Assembly (NCBI RefSeq): GCF_023369805.1
Contig: NZ_JAMBQG010000012.1
Location: 146,413-178,412 of the forward strand
Direction: 5' to 3'
Origin: Parabacteroides leei
GTDB lineage: Bacteria; Bacteroidota; Bacteroidia; Bacteroidales; Tannerellaceae
DNA: 32,000 bases
Shown here: in pieces, positions 29,601 through 32,000 of the stretch
Numbering within the stretch: the stretch's first letter is position 1
Layout of the letters: every line of letters starts with the position of its first letter
Program-made: the position numbers and the translations under genes
Notes under the pieces: generated by a model
What the model was told of the DNA's origin: nothing
Databases searched by the model: none
Seen by the model: the letters and a program-made list of their open reading frames with translations, nothing else

Positions 29601-29828
29601 GGACAACTCAAACTGACCATCCATGTCGGTCGTTGCCCCTTCCGTAGTCCCTTTTTTCAGGATATTCACACCGATAGCCGGAGCTCCGGTTTCATCATAA
29701 ACAACACCTTTTACATTTACGTTTTGAGCGAACCCCAACATTGGTAAAAGGGAAAGGAGCATCAGAACGATTGATGTCCTAAGGAAAGAACCGGTAATAA
29801 ACCGGGATTTGCATTGCGATATTCCCAT
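26670..29828 (-). CDS. susC: SusC/RagA-family TonB-dependent transporter (PUL-2)
   Basis: 1052-aa ORF with a signal peptide, a CarboxypepD_reg-like domain (VKGVVYDETGAPAIGVNIL), the plug block DEVIVVGYGTMKKSDLTGA and a C-terminal strand (IVGLQLTF). There is no STN domain. Confidence 0.95.
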   Translation of the reverse strand: MGISQCKSRFITGSFLRTSIVLMLLSLLPMLGFAQNVNVKGVVYDETGAPAIGVNILKKGTTEGATTDMDGQFELSVKKGDILLFSYIGYTTQQITYTGQPRLEVRLAEDAEKLDEVIVVGYGTMKKSDLTGAISSVNVEELTSRATTNPAEALQGKVSGVSIQKKGGNAGAGISVKIRGVKSFGNNEPLYIIDGFPGDISNVNPQDIAAMEVLKDGAAAAIYGSTAANGVIMVTTKNGKKGDLKVDVNAYLNFSKVANRLELLNSEGYVQVHKQMYDNYNLQYPNKTVDYPAYITNFLANPSSYPNTNWQDEMFRGGLTQNYQVSVRGGSEKARYSVSYNHSDDKGVLLGNSFKQDNARMKLSVTKNIFDLDANLSFMAKDEKQPQYSLKEVYGISPLVSVYDDTKEYGFGLTDHDGLPSNRNVMADYTYRQGGGKTYNMDANAALTMHLAEWLTFKTAYSYRGEHYRYQRHMPAYVADVKAKQDYPSQYEKSYYWEDQVIDNVLTFDKQFKDHSLNVMAGNSIQIRKYNWNEIQVDGKTTVYEVKDGQLVTSEKPSGFLDPNFATIGAGKGGTYSGDGSLYDYNRASFFGRVNYSYAGRYMLQATVRADGSSKFGKDSRWGVFPSVALGWRITEEEFFPKDGVISNLKLRASWGRLGNEQALGYYDFQALITSGNDMSMGAVQGNGSSPWPGSIATGLANRNLQWETTDTKNIGFDYGLLNGRLSGALNYYYNKTEDMLITKKLAPSVGLNNPVMNVGKIRNSGFEMEINWADKKGDWDYNVGLNLTTTSNKVLELSDPKQALYGDGLKWGTEHFPTQTRVGEPIASFYLYRADGIFQNEAEVAAHVNADGDLLQPNARPGDIRFRDVNGDGQIDEDDKESCGSGMPKLEANLSAGFSYKGIDFSFLLGSGWGHKLYNGNRYFFEGMSSGTNMLASTLDAWTTSNTNTSVPRAVLQDPNNNSRESDRFLENGNFVRLRQLQIGYTLPSTLLKKLFVDKLRLYVSGENLFTITKYSGIDPEFSTEKILNTGVDKEIYPFTRSYIVGLQLTF

Positions 29829-29917
29829 GACTGTTTCAATTAGATTAAATTAATAAAGTTTTGTTGCAAGAATAGTCGTTTATTATTCCTTTGTCAAGAC
29901 TTTATCGGCCTATCTAA

Positions 29918-29960
29918 TATCTACATATCACTAAAAAAGAGGATGTTTTTATCTACATAT
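29918..29960. promoter_or_regulatory. 11-bp direct repeat TATCTACATAT x2 with 32-bp spacing upstream of PUL-2 susC, a candidate regulator binding site
   Basis: Exact copies lie at 29918-29928 and 29950-29960, each followed by an A-rich AAAAA(A/T)AAAGAG-like tail. They sit 90-132 bp upstream of the susC ATG, between the regulator gene and susC. Confidence 0.45.
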
Positions 29961-30013
29961 AAAAATAAAGAGCAACTGATTAACTGCATATTACACCAAT
30001 AACAGATACTACA

Positions 30014-31648
30014 TCAGATACTTTTCATATATTCAGTCAGACTCTCGTCTGTTTCCAGGTTCAGATGTTTACGCAACCGGTATCTTGCCATGTTCACAGT
30101 CTTGGGAGTAGAGTCTATAACGGAAGCAATTTCCTTTGTCGACAGACCGATGCGAAGCAGGGAAGCCAAACGTTGTTCATTTTTTGATAAATCGGGATGA
30201 AGTCCGGATAGTTTATCTATAAAGCGGGCATTCACTTCATCTATCAACAATTCAGTCTCGGTATTCCGGGCATTGAATTGGGAGATATAGGCATTAATAC
30301 TTCTCAAATGGGCATCCATCTCCGGGCCGGATAATTTGTAACCTTCTTTCAGCATCGATTGTATGTTTGCCAGTAAATCATTACGGCTGCGTACAAAAAA
30401 AGCGAAGTTCGTCAATTCGTGCCGGTTATAATCTAATTCCTGCTGTGTGGTTTGGGTGGCTATTTCTGCTTGTTTCAATTTCAGGGCGATCAGTTCTTTC
30501 TCTTGTTCCTCCAGCTTCCTCGAGGCCTCCAACATTTGTATTCGTTTTTGTTGCCGGCTGTGGAAAGTAACATATAACAATATGAGCAATACGGCTATAG
30601 CAATAAGTATTGCTATAAAACTACGCATTCTCAGGCTCTTGATCTGGAAAGCTTGTTCCTGCACGATCATTTCATGTTCTTTCGCTTTCAAACGTTTTTG
30701 AATAAGGTTCAGTTCAATTTGTCTCATCTCATCTTTTGCCGACAAGTCCTGTTCCATATCATACAGATCCTTCAGATTTTTATAAGCTTTCGGATAATCG
30801 CCCATCGCTTCGTGGATCCACGAAGCGTACCGATAATTATCGGTAATCAATTCTTTAGCATTGATCTTACGTGCATAGATCCTTGCAGTGTCCAATGCAG
30901 CCATCCCCTTTCTGTATTCTTTGGCATAATAATACTGTGTTCCCAGATTATTATAATTCTCTCCGAGTGACCAGACAGTACCCAAAGAGTCGTTTATAGC
31001 AATGGCTTCCCGCAACATACCTATCTTTTCCCGCGTATTGCCTTCATACAAACAAAGGTTATTGAGGTTTACAGCCACTAGTTTCCTTTCCCCCAACTCC
31101 CTGTTTATATCCAGGGCTGCTTTGAAATTCTCTTCCGCTTTTCCATTATCCGGCACAAGTATATAAACCAGTCCACGGGCATTATAACACATTGCCAGAC
31201 TCTTCCGATCATTCGCTTCCTTACAAATATCAATCGCCTTATCGACATACTGAAAGGCTGCATTCAAATCGCCTAACTTAGTATAACATCCTGAAAGGCG
31301 TACGTAGATATAAGCACTTTGGTTAGGTTTGCCGGCAGGTACATTCTCCAGGGCATTCGTCATAGATTCAAATCCCATATCAAAATCACCTTGATTCATA
31401 TAGGCTTCGCCCAATGTTGACTGGGCCTTGGCCAAAAGACTTTTATCACCTTTTTTCTGCGCTTCTGTTATCGCGACATTAGAGTAATAAATAGCCTTGG
31501 AAGGATCTATTTTAAGCATATCTTCTGCCTTACTGATTAAATCACTGATAGTATCCTCAGAACTATTTTCTTTCGAAAACGCGGACAAACAGATTACCAG
31601 ACAACACAAAGTACTCAAAAGAAAGGCGGTCTCAAATAGTTTTTTCAT
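30014..31648 (-). CDS. SusR-like single-pass transmembrane transcriptional regulator (extracytoplasmic TPR sensor, TM helix, coiled coil, C-terminal LuxR/GerE HTH)
   Basis: 544-aa ORF with an N-terminal signal/anchor and repeated TPR-like A-x-x-Y/G patterns over residues 40-320. A TM helix (SFIAILIAIAVLLILLYVTF) is followed by a charged coiled-coil segment. The C-terminus LSKNEQRLASLLRIGLSTKEIASVIDSTPKTVNMARYRLRKHL is a LuxR-type HTH. Confidence 0.8.
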   Translation of the reverse strand: MKKLFETAFLLSTLCCLVICLSAFSKENSSEDTISDLISKAEDMLKIDPSKAIYYSNVAITEAQKKGDKSLLAKAQSTLGEAYMNQGDFDMGFESMTNALENVPAGKPNQSAYIYVRLSGCYTKLGDLNAAFQYVDKAIDICKEANDRKSLAMCYNARGLVYILVPDNGKAEENFKAALDINRELGERKLVAVNLNNLCLYEGNTREKIGMLREAIAINDSLGTVWSLGENYNNLGTQYYYAKEYRKGMAALDTARIYARKINAKELITDNYRYASWIHEAMGDYPKAYKNLKDLYDMEQDLSAKDEMRQIELNLIQKRLKAKEHEMIVQEQAFQIKSLRMRSFIAILIAIAVLLILLYVTFHSRQQKRIQMLEASRKLEEQEKELIALKLKQAEIATQTTQQELDYNRHELTNFAFFVRSRNDLLANIQSMLKEGYKLSGPEMDAHLRSINAYISQFNARNTETELLIDEVNARFIDKLSGLHPDLSKNEQRLASLLRIGLSTKEIASVIDSTPKTVNMARYRLRKHLNLETDESLTEYMKSI

Positions 31649-31671
31649 CTAATCCTGCTGTTTTAATTTGA

Positions 31672-31679
31672 CAAATGTA
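31672..31679 (-). promoter_or_regulatory. Candidate -7 box TACATTTG for the SusR-like regulator gene
   Basis: The plus strand reads CAAATGTA, which is TAnnTTTG on the minus strand, 24 bp upstream of the ATG at 31648. Confidence 0.4.
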
Positions 31680-32000
31680 AATAAATCATGCGAGAATATG
31701 AAAATAGTCCGACAGGAGTTTCCCAATGGGTAGGCAACTATTTTTTATAATCAGCACATTATTCTCTGTCAATAACTGAAACATTCGTATCTGACAACTA
31801 CTAAAACGTATCCCTTAATTTTCAATACATTCGACATATTTCACAACAACGATATATTCAATAAATTTTGATATCAGCACTTTATTACGAATATTCAATG
31901 TTAACAACTTGATTAACAAAGCTTTAATACGCATCCATATTAGAGTTCGTTGACAGCTTTATTTTTCTCTTATAATATAGAAAGAATATTCTTTATAAAG

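Noticed and set aside
31981-31994. Perfect 14-bp palindrome AAAGAATATTCTTT at the right window edge
   Set aside because: It is an AT-only short palindrome in AT-rich intergenic DNA, truncated by the window end, so it cannot be evaluated.

Overview
Chromosomal segment with Bacteroidales hallmarks: SusC/SusD pairs, lipoprotein signal peptides, TAnnTTTG -7 promoter boxes and little Shine-Dalgarno signal. By-eye G+C is about 45-50%. The left 11 kb (1-10.7 kb) holds ordinary housekeeping and accessory genes: an M24B Xaa-Pro aminopeptidase, a gamma-carbonic-anhydrase-like LbH protein, a beta-lactamase-family serine hydrolase, a CBM9-like lipoprotein, a HAD phosphatase, a DUF2089 Zn-ribbon/HTH gene with a polytopic membrane gene, a low-GC Crp/Fnr regulator, an acyltransferase-3 membrane protein and a signal-peptide-bearing C1B aminopeptidase. 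The right 21 kb is a glycan-utilisation region with two convergent PULs. PUL-1 (+ strand) is susC/susD only, preceded by a 550-bp gap and divergent from GH92 and a DUF418 membrane gene. PUL-2 (- strand) runs SusR-like TPR/LuxR transmembrane regulator, susC, susD, an intrinsic terminator, LacZ-type GH2, then a YgjK/GH63-like hydrolase. No rRNA, tRNA, CRISPR array, transposase, integrase or recognisable defence genes were seen. The most unusual signals are non-coding. First, a roughly 330-nt structured leader lies in front of the regulator-less susC, with two mutually exclusive hairpins, one ending in a U-tract. Second, a 175-bp multi-hairpin MITE/REP-like element is closed by 20-bp terminal inverted repeats. 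Third, there are several short repeat arrays that are candidate operators. All structures were folded by eye and all family calls rest on remembered motifs, so they need computational confirmation.
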